Below are positions 22,535 through 34,883 of a DNA stretch of 64,000 nt, piece after piece. The position numbers and the translations under genes are program-made. Origin of the DNA: Zootoca vivipara (Eukaryota); contig NC_083281.1 in assembly GCF_963506605.1 (NCBI RefSeq), forward strand, positions 88,102,001-88,166,000. Direction: 5' to 3'. The notes under the pieces were generated by a model that did not search any database, was not told where the DNA came from, and worked only from the letters and a program-made list of their open reading frames with translations. The first letter of the stretch is position 1. Every line of letters starts with the position of its first letter.

Positions 22535-25500
22535 ATGGATGTCGTCACCACGATGAAGAGCGGGAAGAAGATGGTCCGAAGGGAGGCGCTCCGAGATCTT
22601 TCCGCCCTCCTGCAGAAGATCCGGGAATATGTGAGTTTCTGAAGCAAAGCATTGCAACCATGCAGGGCTGTCAAGGCCTTCAGGCTGCCCCTTCTAGCCC
22701 CACCCTTCTCTTATCAGTTGCTTCTCTGGGTTTCTTCTCAGCCATCGGTATCGCTTCCTGCATCCTCCCTTGGCCAACTGGTGGCTATTTCCTGTCTGTG
22801 TGCCTTGGATCCAGACCCGGAGTGCAGGCAGCGGGCAGCAGAGGCTCTCTGCCATCTTCTGCCCATCCTGCGGCGTAAAGAAGGTAAGACTGAAAGAATG
22901 CATCCCAGAATGGGGTGGGGTGAGCAAGACCCCAACTAACCCTTTGGCTTTCCTTTGCAGAGACGCTGGCACGAACATCAAGGAACCCAACACTCATCAC
23001 CAGAGCTCAGAAGTTCCTCAATTCCACCGGAGGACCGGTTCCTGAATTGTTCGTCAACGACTGCTACTCTCTTGCCAGGGTAAGTCGCTGTCACACAAGG
23101 CACAGCGGTCTCTCAAGCCACATCTTCTGGGTTCCGCAGAGAAAGCACCTGGGCTTTCTGCTCCCCAGCCCTGCCCTGTGGGCACCTCTGACTTTCCTCT
23201 CTTGCTTCAGGTATTTGGCGCCTTTCTCCCTGCGGAGCAACTCTTGGAAGCCATGTCCTTCCTGGCCAGCAACCTGGTTCTTGAGAGCAGATTCCACCCC
23301 TTGGACATCTCCCACCTACTGCAAGAGTTCATCAAGCAGTTTAGCGGCAAAGCAGTGGAGGTAAGGTGTCTGCAAAGGTAGGAGAGAAGAAGAATCTCCA
23401 CCTTGATGTAGGGGAGGCAACCTCATGCCATTGAGTGGCCAGGACACATGTTTGTTGGGAGGGGCCTGGCAATGTCAGGACCAGAAGCGCAGCCAAGGGT
23501 CCTGAGAAACATGGGTTCAGGAATGGGGAACCCTCCTTCTGGGAGCAGCCTGGCAAGCTTCTTCTCTTGGCCCACAATGGAAAGGGAACTGGTTCCCTGC
23601 AGCTGCCTGGGTCCAATACTCCCAAGGACCCTGAGTGGTACCTTTGAAGGAAGATGGCTGTGGTGGCACAGGTCAAGGGTCCCTCTTTCTATGAGGGATG
23701 GAGGGATCCGCCTGCAGGCAGCCCCGCTTCCTTGTACTCTCCCAGCAACCTTCTCTTTTTCTCTGACAGGTGGAGGTGCTGCTGGAGGCCTTCTATAAGA
23801 TCACCCAGGGGCCTACAGTGGAGGGCAGAAACATGGCCATCTTTGCGTTCTCCATCTTGACACACCAGCATCTGAACAAAGTGGTTGAATACCTCCTCCA
23901 GTTTCCCTTCAGGTATGGAGCCCTCCAGGTTCTACTGGGCTAAGGGAAAGGTTGGCAAGCTGCAGGACTTGCTCAGAAAGCCCTTCCTGACATTTCCTCT
24001 CTCTGGGGCATGGCACCAAGCACAACACTGGAATCTGACCATTGCTCTTGTTTTTGCATTCACAGAGACTGCGAGAGAGTATGGAAGGAGGTTTTGACAT
24101 CGGCCGACCAAGAACAACTGCTCCATCTCATGGCCGAGCAGCTTTACCAAAGCCCCTTGGCGGAATCTGCCACCCAAGTGGTAAGGACGAACCACCTGCT
24201 TTCTGGCTTCCTTCTTCCCAGGGGAATATCGAGGGGTTTCTGTATTCTGCAGAAAAGCAGGGAAAGTGACTTGCACCTCTCTCTCTTCCAGCAACATCTC
24301 AGCAGCCTGTTGCACGCCATCCTCAGGATGGAGGAATACAAGGCAGCTGTGCGCCAGAACTTCCCACAGCTGCTGATCGCTCTCCTGGGGATGGTTGTCA
24401 ACTTCCACTATGACCAGGAATTCCTCGAGTGAGTAGCGTGTTGCAAAGGGGCCAATGGAGTCCTTTTCCCTTCAACCTCGGGGGGGGGGGGTGTTTTCCA
24501 GTCCAACTTGGTATTCTAAGGGAGCCTCTCCTTCAGGCGGCTGCTAGGGAGGCAGGATGCGGAAGGAATTTGAGTGGGTGGCAATGACCCTCCTGGTAAA
24601 ACTGGCCTTGCTTTTGTTACAGAGGGGCTAAGGAAGTTCTGCACCTCCTTCTCAGCACCACTGGAGAGCAAGTTGAGGCGGCCATCATTGACCAACTTTT
24701 CTGCCGGGACAATTTCAACCAGGGGTTGTCTGCCATGGTGAGGTAAGAGGAAGAACACGGTGACTTTCCCCAATGGTTTGGCAAACAGAGCTGAAGGCAC
24801 GGGATCGGACTGTGCCCCTGTTTGCTTCCTGCAGTGTCTTTCCCTTCCTTACCCACACCTGGTTCTCCATTTCAGAGCTGTCGGAAAGCGACGTTGGTGG
24901 ATCCGTCCCATGGTGGAAAATATCACCGCTGCTCTCGGGGACCAGGAGTTTGCCGGAATGCCAGAAGTAGCGGCAGCTATCTACATCGAGGTGAGGGGGA
25001 CTGACGCGGGAGGAAATGGGTGCAGCAAGGAGGCCCTGGCTTGGTTTCTGCCGAGTGTTGGGCTTTGTGTTCTTCGGCTCCCTTTGTGTCCTCCATTAGA
25101 ATTTGAACCTTGCAGCTGCCTTTACCTTCCATATTCTGTGGCTTTCCTCAAGGCTTCTTTGAGCCGAAGGAATGTTGCCTGTTTTAGTGCTCCTCAGAGT
25201 AGACCCAGTGGATTTGATGTACATGACGAACTTTGGTCCATTCCCTTCAGTGGCTTTGCTCTGTGCAGAACTACAGGTGGTAGATAAAAGGAGAACCTGC
25301 CTCAACCTCTCATCACTGAAGACTTTCTTTCTCTTTGGGCCTCTTTAGCTGCTCAGCTGCCGTCTGCAGGTTCCCTGTCAGGATACATTGGAGCAGCTCC
25401 ACACCTGGCTGTCACATGACCACCTGCAAGTCCAGAAGCTCAGCGCCAGAGGGATATCCCTGATTCTGGACTCTGACATGGCAAGTGATGCTCAGAGGGG

Positions 25501-27658
25501 GGAGGGGGGAGGGGGGTACAGATCCCGTTTCTAATCATGGGCCAGCACTCTTTTGCTGGCAGAATCCTGAAGGGCCTGTGAAACGAAAAAGTGTGGGGCC
25601 TAACAGACCTTTGAAAAGATTCTCTCTTTTGTGTAGGACCCTTCGCTTCTGCGGCTGTCGCTGCCGGATTTCTTCCCTGATGCAGAAGCTGATGTCTTCC
25701 CACAGATGTTAGAGCTAGTAGACCAAGCCTACATGAAGATGCTGGCGGCAACCTACTGTGATATGGCTTCACATGTGAGTATTAGGGAACACAGGACATC
25801 GCCCAGGGTGGAGGAGGAAGGGTGGTGTTTAGCCTGGCATGCAGCAGAGATCTTCTGGCTTCAGGAGCGTGTTCCTTCCTCTGGAGCACCTTCTCTTGGA
25901 AGCCTGCCTGGAAAACCCAGGGGGAGAGTCACCCCTGCCCCCAGTCTCCCCCAGGAGGAGGATAGGGGGCTGAGCAGCCTCAAAACACCTCGGTGGACAG
26001 GAGAAAGGAAACTGATCAGATGAGAAACACAACCTCTGATCTTTTCTGCCTACAGGAGGAAGCCTCCGTCCGGGCAGCAGCCATCCAATATCTGGGGCTG
26101 CTTCGGGGCTGGGCGAGAGACCAAAGGCTTCCCATAACAACAACTAAAGAAGAAGCCATTAATGAACTGGTCGTCGTCCTCATTCACCTCGAAGACGAGG
26201 ACGAGGTGGCCAAGGTGAGGGCCAAGGAGGTGGACTCACGCACGCAGTAGGAGGGAGGGATTGTTCTCAGGAGCTTCCGGGATTTTTTTTACGACAATTT
26301 GTAACCCTCTTCTCTTCTTGTGTTGCAGGCCGCAAGGAGGGCTCTTTCCCATCTAGCCCCACAAGTCAAGTGGTGGGCACATCCCAACAAATTTAGCCTC
26401 CACTTTGCTCTCCACCAGGCCGCCAAGCATCTGGTAAGGTCCCTCTGCTTCGTTGGCAGCTTTGCCCAGGGATGTCTTTGGGGGTGACGGGCTCTTGTGC
26501 CACACTCTCAAGCCTCTCTGATGCCACCTCTCCTTTGTCTTTGCCAACAGAGCAAGACCTTCAGCAAGAACATCCTTCGGAGTGCTGCCTTGGCATGTAC
26601 GAAGCCATCTGCCAACAGGCTGCCAGCAGTCTCCAGGGTAGCAGCTCTGCTTCTGGGTAAGTCAAGCAACGTCCTTCCCTGGTAGGAATGGACAGAAACG
26701 TTTTGGTAACAATGGCAGGGAGGATGGGCATGTCCCCAGGCCACCTGCTAGGTAGGGCTCCATCTGCGCCCAGATCTTGCTCTGAGTGCTCCCGAGAGGG
26801 TGGAGGCCCTCTGTCTCCGCTTGCTTTGCACCGAGATGACGTCCCTTTTCTTGCCTTGTCTCTCTAGGTCATCTGGCTTTCCGGGATGCCGGTTTCATCC
26901 ACAGTCAAGACATGGCATCCTACGGCACATGTAAGTGAGACATACAGAGGGCTGGGAGGGATGCTTCTGCTGAGAAAGGGCTTCAGGGGAAGGCAGGTTC
27001 CCAGGTGTATGTGCAGACAGAGGTGCCACAAGATGGACATGCAAAGAGAATTGGAATGTGACTTCATTGCTCTCTCTCACACACACAAATATTTCCCTGC
27101 CCCACACCCTGGTCCTGGGAGGAGCTCCGGTGGGGGTGCTTTGCAAGTTTTTGCCTTGTGAAAAGCTGATTCCTCCTCCCCAAGGGGAACCGCCACTGCT
27201 TGTGTCCTGGTTGGGGTAGATACCCTGTGGACTCCTGCATCCGCCCCTACAACCAGCGCACCTCCCCTGGCCCGATTGCTGGGGCCACCTGATGGCTGTC
27301 TTAATATTTTTGATGGATGGCTCTTTTCCTGTGCATCTCCGCCTTGCTCAACCTTTCTCCCTTGCCACTCAGGGCTGGAAGAGATGCAGCAGTACGAGGA
27401 AGAAGGGCTCAGGCGGACAGGGAGGAGCTGCCTGAACATCATGCAGCGGGCCTATAAACATCGGCAGAAAGGCAGGGTCCGGCGCCTTGTGAGGAGGCTG
27501 CTCTGCTGTATTCACAGGGAACCTTACCCGCAGGACTTCCTGAGCTGCATGCCAGGTGAGTGAGGCACCTGGTGGGCTATTTGGGCATCTGGTGGGCTGT
27601 TTGGAGGTGACATTTCTCAAGGAGCCCCTTTCTCCTCCTGACAGAACTTCCGCAGTAG
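22535..27658 (+). CDS. Maestro HEAT-like repeat (MROH-family) protein, copy 1; 17 coding exons, ~678 aa
   Basis: Exons 22535-22630, 22742-22883, 22961-23079, 23211-23360, 23770-23912, 24066-24180, 24292-24428, 24623-24742, 24876-24990, 25349-25480 (GC donor), 25637-25774, 26056-26214, 26329-26433, 26551-26656, 26868-26930, 27373-27555 and 27645-27658 total 2037 nt, all phases compatible, no internal stop. Motifs LDPDPECRQRAAEAL, FPQLLIALL, VQKLSARGI, VRAAAIQYLG and LVVVLIHLED..VAKAA resemble MROH HEAT repeats. Confidence 0.75.
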
Positions 27659-28625
27659 CGCCAGGCCAAGGCAACGTGAACATCAGAGTTGTGCTGCAGA
27701 GATACCGTCTTCTGCTCTCCGTGGGATCCAGCCTGGATCAGCGCCAGGAACATCAAGGCCATCAGGATCGACCAAGAGGAGTGGTGCTGCCCTCACGGCC
27801 CTCCTTACATAGCGGTAGGAAACCTTTTGTTGTTGTTGTCTTTTTTGTTGATGTTGGTTTTGACTGTTGATGTTAACTAGTCCACGATCTGGTCGATCTT
27901 TCCTTTCTTGTTTTCCCTTTGTTGGGGGTCCCGCCCCCAGGACAGGCAGGCTTTATGGAGCTCCCCCAGTCCAGGGTCCGGTTCCTTGCAGGACTCTCTG
28001 CCGTCCTCTCAAGTCCTCCCCAGCAGCAACTTTCTTCCATTTCTTTGCTTATTCGCCAACAGCAGGGATTGTTAGGGGCGGGGGCAATAAGAGGGTCTAA
28101 CATTCATGAGATTTCGTACCCTTTCTAACAGAATCTCTTTTCTCTCTTTCCTGCATGGAACAAAACCGCGATGGGAAACGGCGGCCTATCTGCTGGAGCC
28201 TGGGAGGAGACGTCCGGATAAAAGAAGAATGTCATCAGCCGCGAAAGAAGCCGCCCTGAAGACGACACCTGCAACATCGACCCTCCAGCTGGCAGTGAAT
28301 TTCAGGACTGGACACTTTCTATTGACTCTTTCGGGACTTAAAACAGCAAGCGGGACTTTCTTTAGTAAGATAGGTTGAAATGGATGTATAGAATAGGATA
28401 GGCAAAACAGGGAGCATTCAAGGTTACGAGATAGTGTTTTGTATATTATTTTTGTTCCTTCTTTCTTTGTTCTCCCCCCCCACTTCCCCCCTTTGTATCA
28501 CTTGATTTCTTTATAATTGTAATTCTCTTATTAAAAATATTTTTAAAAGGGTAAATACGGATCTTATGGTTTTTGTTAAAATGTGCAAAAATATCATTTT
28601 GTCAAAAATGAATAAATAATATTTT

Positions 28626-29606
28626 TGTTAAAAAGAGAAACAGGTGTTTTGGTTTGTGAAAAGTAAGCTAGTAAGGGAAATCTCTACCCTCTACACACTT
28701 CCCTGGAGGGATGCCCATCATCCCAAGATGGAGACATAGAGGCTGGTGGCTGGGGTTGCGTCTGGTGAGTTGGGAGGATGCTGGAATCTGGAGAGGCAGG
28801 AGATTGTCTTGCTCTGAGCTGGACCCAGAACTTTGGCCTGGGAATCCCTGGGAAGCTAAGGGGGGAGCAAGATGGAGGGTTATTGCCATGAAACGCTTCA
28901 TCCTAGCATCTATGTGCAAGCAAAGCCTAATATCCCAAAGTCTTCATTCCAGGGAAACTGAACCCAGGCTAAGCACGGGCACCCCTGGAGTCGTCTGCTG
29001 CTCAGAGATGGGAGTGTTCACAACCTTCTCTTTTCACCATCCTGCCCCACTTCCTCATCAGTTCTCTCCAAATACTTCTCACCTGAAACCTCCAGTGGCT
29101 GAGACAAGATCCAAGCTATGGGAACTCATGAGCCAATGTTAAGAAGACAGAATAAGAGAGAGGTCCCTGCCAAAGTCTCCAGCATTGAAAGAGTATTTTT
29201 GTTTGGGGGAGGTGGGGAGGGGCAATAGGAAATCTGGGCTTGCTGTCCCTTCAGCACTTCACAGCCCCTGCTGGAAACAAAGAGTTGAATCCAAGGCTGC
29301 CTATGGGAAGGCAGATTTGGAGGGTGTGCAGGGAGGAGTCTCCTGTGAAGAAGAGGGGGAAATCCCCTTGGGAAAGGAAGAATGCTGCTGCGCTGGGGGA
29401 AGAGCAATGGAGCCTACAACCTGTTGCCTAAATCTATGCTGTTCTTCCCTGGGATACATGTTCCAAATTCACTCCTGGCCCCTGAAGGAAAGAGGGTCAG
29501 ACTTCTTAGAGGCAGAACTCAGGTTTATTCTGCTGAATAAATAAGGGACAGACCCCTGACTTCTCAGGTCAGAAAAAGGGTCTGTAATACCTTTGGTTTT
29601 TGTAAC
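28626..29606. mobile_element. LTR-like element
   Basis: Termini TGTTAAAAA...TTTTTGTAACA; AATAAA at 29536; terminal ~170 bp homologous (inverted) to 34900-35070; orientation ambiguous. Confidence 0.45.
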
Positions 29607-29755
29607 ATTCTCCCCCCTCAAGACTTTCAAGCGCTTCCTTTCTAAAAGACTATCTTCACCCTCCTGCATATTTCACTTGGTATACATTACAAAACCAACT
29701 GCACTCGGCACATGCCTAATGAAAGCTGTTTAGCAAAGCAAAATACAAACATAAC

Positions 29756-32105
29756 AGAGCATTTGTACCCCTCTCTTAAGCCAAAAAGGCTCCAAGAGGG
29801 CCTTCCATGAAATCAAATGCAAGAAACTCCCTAATGGCAGACTTCTATTGTAATAAACAATCTGACCAACAGAAATACAACACACAAGGAAAGGGGGCAA
29901 GGAGGGCAGAGGAAAAGACAACTCACAAGCTCAGGCCCCAATGTTTGGAAAGCACCCATTGGAGTCGGCACTCCTGGAAACCACCCGATGCGGGCACGGG
30001 TCCCATAACTTGGAATTTTAATTAGATAAAAGTTTTCGGCATGCCTCAGATAAAGGAGCAAAAAAATTATTGCCTGCGGACTCAGCCCTGAGCAGTAGAA
30101 AAAAAGACTTGATTTACGGCCAATAAGAGGTAAGAGGTGGAAACATCGGAGAAAGGAAGATGGATTATCTGGAGAAACCGAGAAGCCTGACAGGGAAGTG
30201 GAACCCCCCCCCCTTTTCTTCTTCTTCTTCTTCTCTTAAACATAATACTCAACACCTTTTCTGGACGGCTATCGGAATTACCTAGAGCAGCGGGAAAATA
30301 GAAAATACCAAACTGTGTGGACATGGAAATATAAACAATATAAAAATGGAGGCTTTATATATGCTTTGATGATTTTGTAAAAGTCTCCCTGACAGCTGGT
30401 ACTCGTTGGGATTCGTCGTGGACTGATTTAGAAGATTTAAGACTTGTGTCGCAGTTAGAAATTGAGAAAACACAAAATGGCCCCAAAACGGAGAGCAGCT
30501 AGAGGCGGGGAAGAAGCCATTGTTTGTTTTTAGAAGAACGATAAGATTTGACCTGGCTAATTCCTCGCTGGAAAAGCTGTAAATCTGTTTTCGGAGAAGC
30601 TATGGAGTAGAAATTTGGACATGATTTGTGCTTTGTGTGCTTTGTTGGGCTTGGAAGACCAGCGATCAGAGGGAGACTTAAAGCCACACGATAGAAAAAT
30701 TTTCGGTAAAACCTGGCTGGCACCATAACTCAGAGGCTTGGAGAAGATTGAAGGATGTCAACAAAGACTGTTAGGAAAGGACTGTATTATTTTGGGACAA
30801 TATTGAAGGTTTACATTTCAGGCTGAATAACAAGGGAGAAATTATTAAAAGCAAAAGGCAGTAGTGATTAGTAGGAAGCTCTGGAATCTGAGGCATGGTG
30901 AGTGGGAAAAAATTAATATAATTGGGCATAATTGGAATGTTTCCTTTAATTGGAATTGTATAATTAATTTGGAAAAAGTGTAATTGGGAATAATTTCAAT
31001 GTAATTCGATGTTGTTTAATTGGAAAATCTAATAAAAATCATTTAAAAAATGGAAAGTCCAAAGACAAGACACCCAATGGAAGGGATGTGGAGGAAGAAG
31101 GCAGAGGAAGAGCCCCTTTCCCAAGGAGAGGCCTGAGATGTCCCCAGGCAAGTCCTGTCCTGTCCTGTCCTGCTGGGGCCAAGCTCCCCTTCCCCACCCC
31201 CAGCTCTTCTTGGACAGAGATGCAGCAACTGATCCTGTAGGCCTTCATGCCCAACTTCATGGGGGCTGTGGGGCTCAAGCCCCTCTCAGATTCCCCTGGG
31301 GGGGGGCTTATCTGGGCCCCACAGGCAGCACCAGGCAGTGCCTGGCAAACACACAGGCTCACTTGAGGGGCTCAGTTGCAACTGCCTTATCCTACACTAG
31401 GTTCCAGCATGGGCTGGGTGGGTGTTTATGGAGAATAGGGAGCCTGGCTCCAAAGGCCCCTTGTCCTCACAAAGGGCCTCCCCCTGAGCCCTGAGGGAAG
31501 AGAGGTGAGTTTAAGCAAGAGCCAAGGCAGCCATTCAGCCTCTAGGCTTCCTTGAGGCCTCCAGAGCAGACTGGCGAAACAGGGCTTATATACACTTCCG
31601 CACGCCCCTGGCGACACCCACCGAGGGCAGGATTGGCTGCTTTCCACTAGGCAGCCAATCACAAGGCAGGCTTCAGAAGCGGACTCAGCGGAGAGCAGGA
31701 GACCCCAAGGAGCAGACAGAAGACCTGACACCCCCCCTTTCCTGGGAGCAAGCGACTGCAAGGCCTCTGCGTTGCCCCACAGACAAGGGCCAAGGTCTGA
31801 AGGCGGCTGGACTGGATCAGTCAAGGGCCTCCCAGATAGGAAATAGAAATAACAATAAATTCCGCTTCTCTTCCTCATGGAGCTTTGCCTCCAACATCCT
31901 AACGGGGTTCGCATAACCTCTCACCCCCCCCCCCGAGAGCTCCAATATGGGAAGGTTCTGGTGCTTTAATGCCCAGGGAATGGCAGGTGGGCATGAGGAT
32001 TTCTTAAATTTGTATGATACCCTTCATGCTGGCCATTTCAGGGACAGAACCCTCAAGGGAAGAAGGCCTCCTTTGCAGCCTCCCCGCGATCCATTGTAGA
32101 GGTGG
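29756..32105 (-). repeat. Right (inverted) arm; lacks the equivalent of 20611-21599 and carries a retro-insertion
   Basis: Direct alignment to the left arm; includes mirrored TTATATA 31586-31592 and CCAAT boxes 31632-31659. Confidence 0.9.
29953..31050 (+). mobile_element. Short L1-like non-autonomous retroelement
   Basis: CpG-containing 5' part, AT-rich 3' end with AATAAA and A tail, 7-bp TSD TGGAAAG (29946-29952, 31051-31057). Confidence 0.6.
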
Positions 32106-33163
32106 AAAGGAGCCCAGAGACCCCTTAGTCTCCCAGCAAGAGGCCGAGGGAGACGGAGCTTTGCAAGCAGAGGCTGCTGCTCCAGGAAAGGTCTGGCTGC
32201 TTCTCTGGGAGCCATTGGCAGCAGCTCCGCCCACCCCCGAGGAGCCTGCTGGCTGACGAGCTCTATTGGCTAGCCTGGAGCGTCAATCAGCCAGCTAGTG
32301 AGGGCGGACTCATCTTGCGAGGTGCCTAGCCAGGTAGGCCGCGCAAGACAAGCAGGTTAGGGTGAGGGGAAAACTTTTACATTTTATTTCTTATGCCTTC
32401 AAGAACGTGAACAAAGGCATCCCAAAAGGAGCAGGGGACTCTATGCCTCCGAAAGGGAACCAATCCGTCTTTGGAAGGCCAGGTGGCCACCCCAGCTGGG
32501 GCTTTGCTTCTTCCTGTGGCGTAGACTCTCCAAGTGTCCCTCTTTTCCAGGGACTGTCCAGGATTTACAGAAGCCACCTCGGTTCCTGATTTGACCCCAG
32601 AATGGCCCACTTTTCATTAGGACGTTCCTATTTTCATCAGAGAAATGTTGGAGGGTATGGAATTATGTGACCCCTGAGCCAAGGAGCGAAGTAACTATAT
32701 ACAGCCTTTAGAAGCAATCTGATGGCAGTCCTGTACTGTATAGGAAAGTTGTGTAGTGTTTAATGTTTTAATATATCTTGAAACCATCCCGGAGTGGCCT
32801 GAGTTAGGGTTAAATCCATTATGGGTCCGAGAAATATGAACCGAGGCAGGAACCAGTCAAAATAAGGCAGATCTTAATTTTACTGTTTCTCACCATACAT
32901 GTTGCATGGAGGTGAGGACCCAGGACAAGTGTGTGTAACAACTCAAGACTTGAGAAATTTCCCATAATTATAATAATAATAATTTATTTTTTATACCCCA
33001 CCCATCTGGCTGGGTTTCCCTTAGCCCAGAGGTTGGCAACCTTTCTGAGTCCATGGCTCCCTTGACCAACCACAACCTTTCCGTGGCAGCCCTGTGAGGC
33101 TCAAGACCCCAGCTATGTCACCCCTTGCCAGCAGAGCTGTCAACCTCTTTTCAAACACCTTCC

Positions 33164-33316
33164 NNNNNNNNNNNNNNNNNNNNNNNNNNNNNNNNNNNNN
33201 NNNNNNNNNNNNNNNNNNNNNNNNNNNNNNNNNNNNNNNNNNNNNNNNNNNNNNNNNNNNNNNNNNNNNNNNNNNNNNNNNNNNNNNNNNNNNNNNNNNN
33301 NNNNNNNNNNNNNNNN
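33164..33316. other. Assembly gap (N run)
   Basis: Ns in the sequence. Confidence 1.
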
Positions 33317-34883
33317 ACAGCCGCAGCTGCTGCCCCTTCCCTAAAGAGAGGTGCCTCCTCACGCTGCCCCACAGGGCACCCTTGACCATCATTCAAGGCA
33401 CCAAAGGGTGCCACAGCACCCTTGTTGAAAACCACTGCCCACCCAACAAGCATCATACATACATCACAGAAAGAGGCAGTCTTGTCTCTTGTCATGATAC
33501 CTGACAATGCTTGCTGGTTGCCCTTTCCTGGCCAGTTTCAACCATTCCCATGGCTGTCAAGTTCTCCCTTTTTTAAAGGGAAATTGCCTTATGCTGAATA
33601 GGCTTCCTCGCGAGAAAAGGGAAAACTTGACAGCTATGGATTCCCTTGAAATGGCAAAGACCTCAGTTCTTGAATCGATTGTCGCAGATCTACCCCTATT
33701 TATATGAGAGGTTTATAGCTTTTGAAGGATCAGTAAGTGAAAAGAACTACAGTATTGGGAAAGGTATTTCTTCACTGCAGAGTAAATATCTGGGGTCATT
33801 AAGAGGGTCAGGATTGCTCTTTGAACTCAAAGAAAGTGTCTCTTTCTTCAGGGAATATTTTATAATTTTTGAATGGTGAAGGATTGGTTTTTCTCTAGGG
33901 TGTGTTTGCTATGTGTGCACCTTAAGATTTGTGTAACACTCATGCCAACTTCTGTTGCCCAGCGCCTGCAAGCCCCCTACTGTGACATCATAGAATGCTT
34001 GCAGTTTTTTAAATAAACCCCACCAGCAACTGCTCATCAGGAGCAGAAGTGAGCAGCTTCTGTGAGTGAAGTGAAGGGCTGTTTCTCAGAAGAGGAAACC
34101 GTGGGAGAGACTTGGGTTCAAATACCTCCTTAACTCAGCTATGAAGCTCACTGGGTGACCTGGGACCAGGTTGTGGGGATTAAAAGAGAAGGCAAGAGCT
34201 ACCATATTTATGGTAACTTGAGCTCCTTGGAGAAAAAGATATCAATTGAGATGCCATCAGAAGGGTTGGGCTCTCCTTCTTTGGAGGTTTTTTATACACA
34301 GAGGTCGGGTAGCCATTTGCAAGGCATTCTTGAATTGGATTCCTGTTTTGCAGGAGATTGGACTAGATGCCCCTTGGGGTTCTCTCCAAATCAACAATTC
34401 TATAATTTTGTTTTATTGATTAGATTGGAAACCGCTTCGGGACTACTCTGAGGTGCCAAGTTGGATATAAGTGCTGTAAATAAGAAAAGAGAGAGACACG
34501 GCGTCCTGTGAATGACCCCAGGCAGCTGGCAGAATGCACACATCTCCAATGAACCAGACTGTCTTGCGTGAGGATATCCACCCCAGCCTCCCTTCGTCTC
34601 TGCAAGGAGAAGCCTTTTGCGGGGACAGCCATGGGGGTCCCTTGCAGAAATCAGAAGCATTAATCACTTTTGCTTCTCAGAAGATGATCATCGTACTTCG
34701 TTTGCTTTTGTACTCATTGCTTTTTGCTGCATATATTCGAAGTATATTTTTCCCCAACACATAGGACAGTCCGAGAGGGAACGGATTGCAGGCTCTTCGG
34801 AAGCAGATAACATCAAAGAGGGAGCTAGCAGGCCCGGCTAGCAGAACAGGGGTGTGCAACCAATTTGGCAAGCAGAGATGAAA

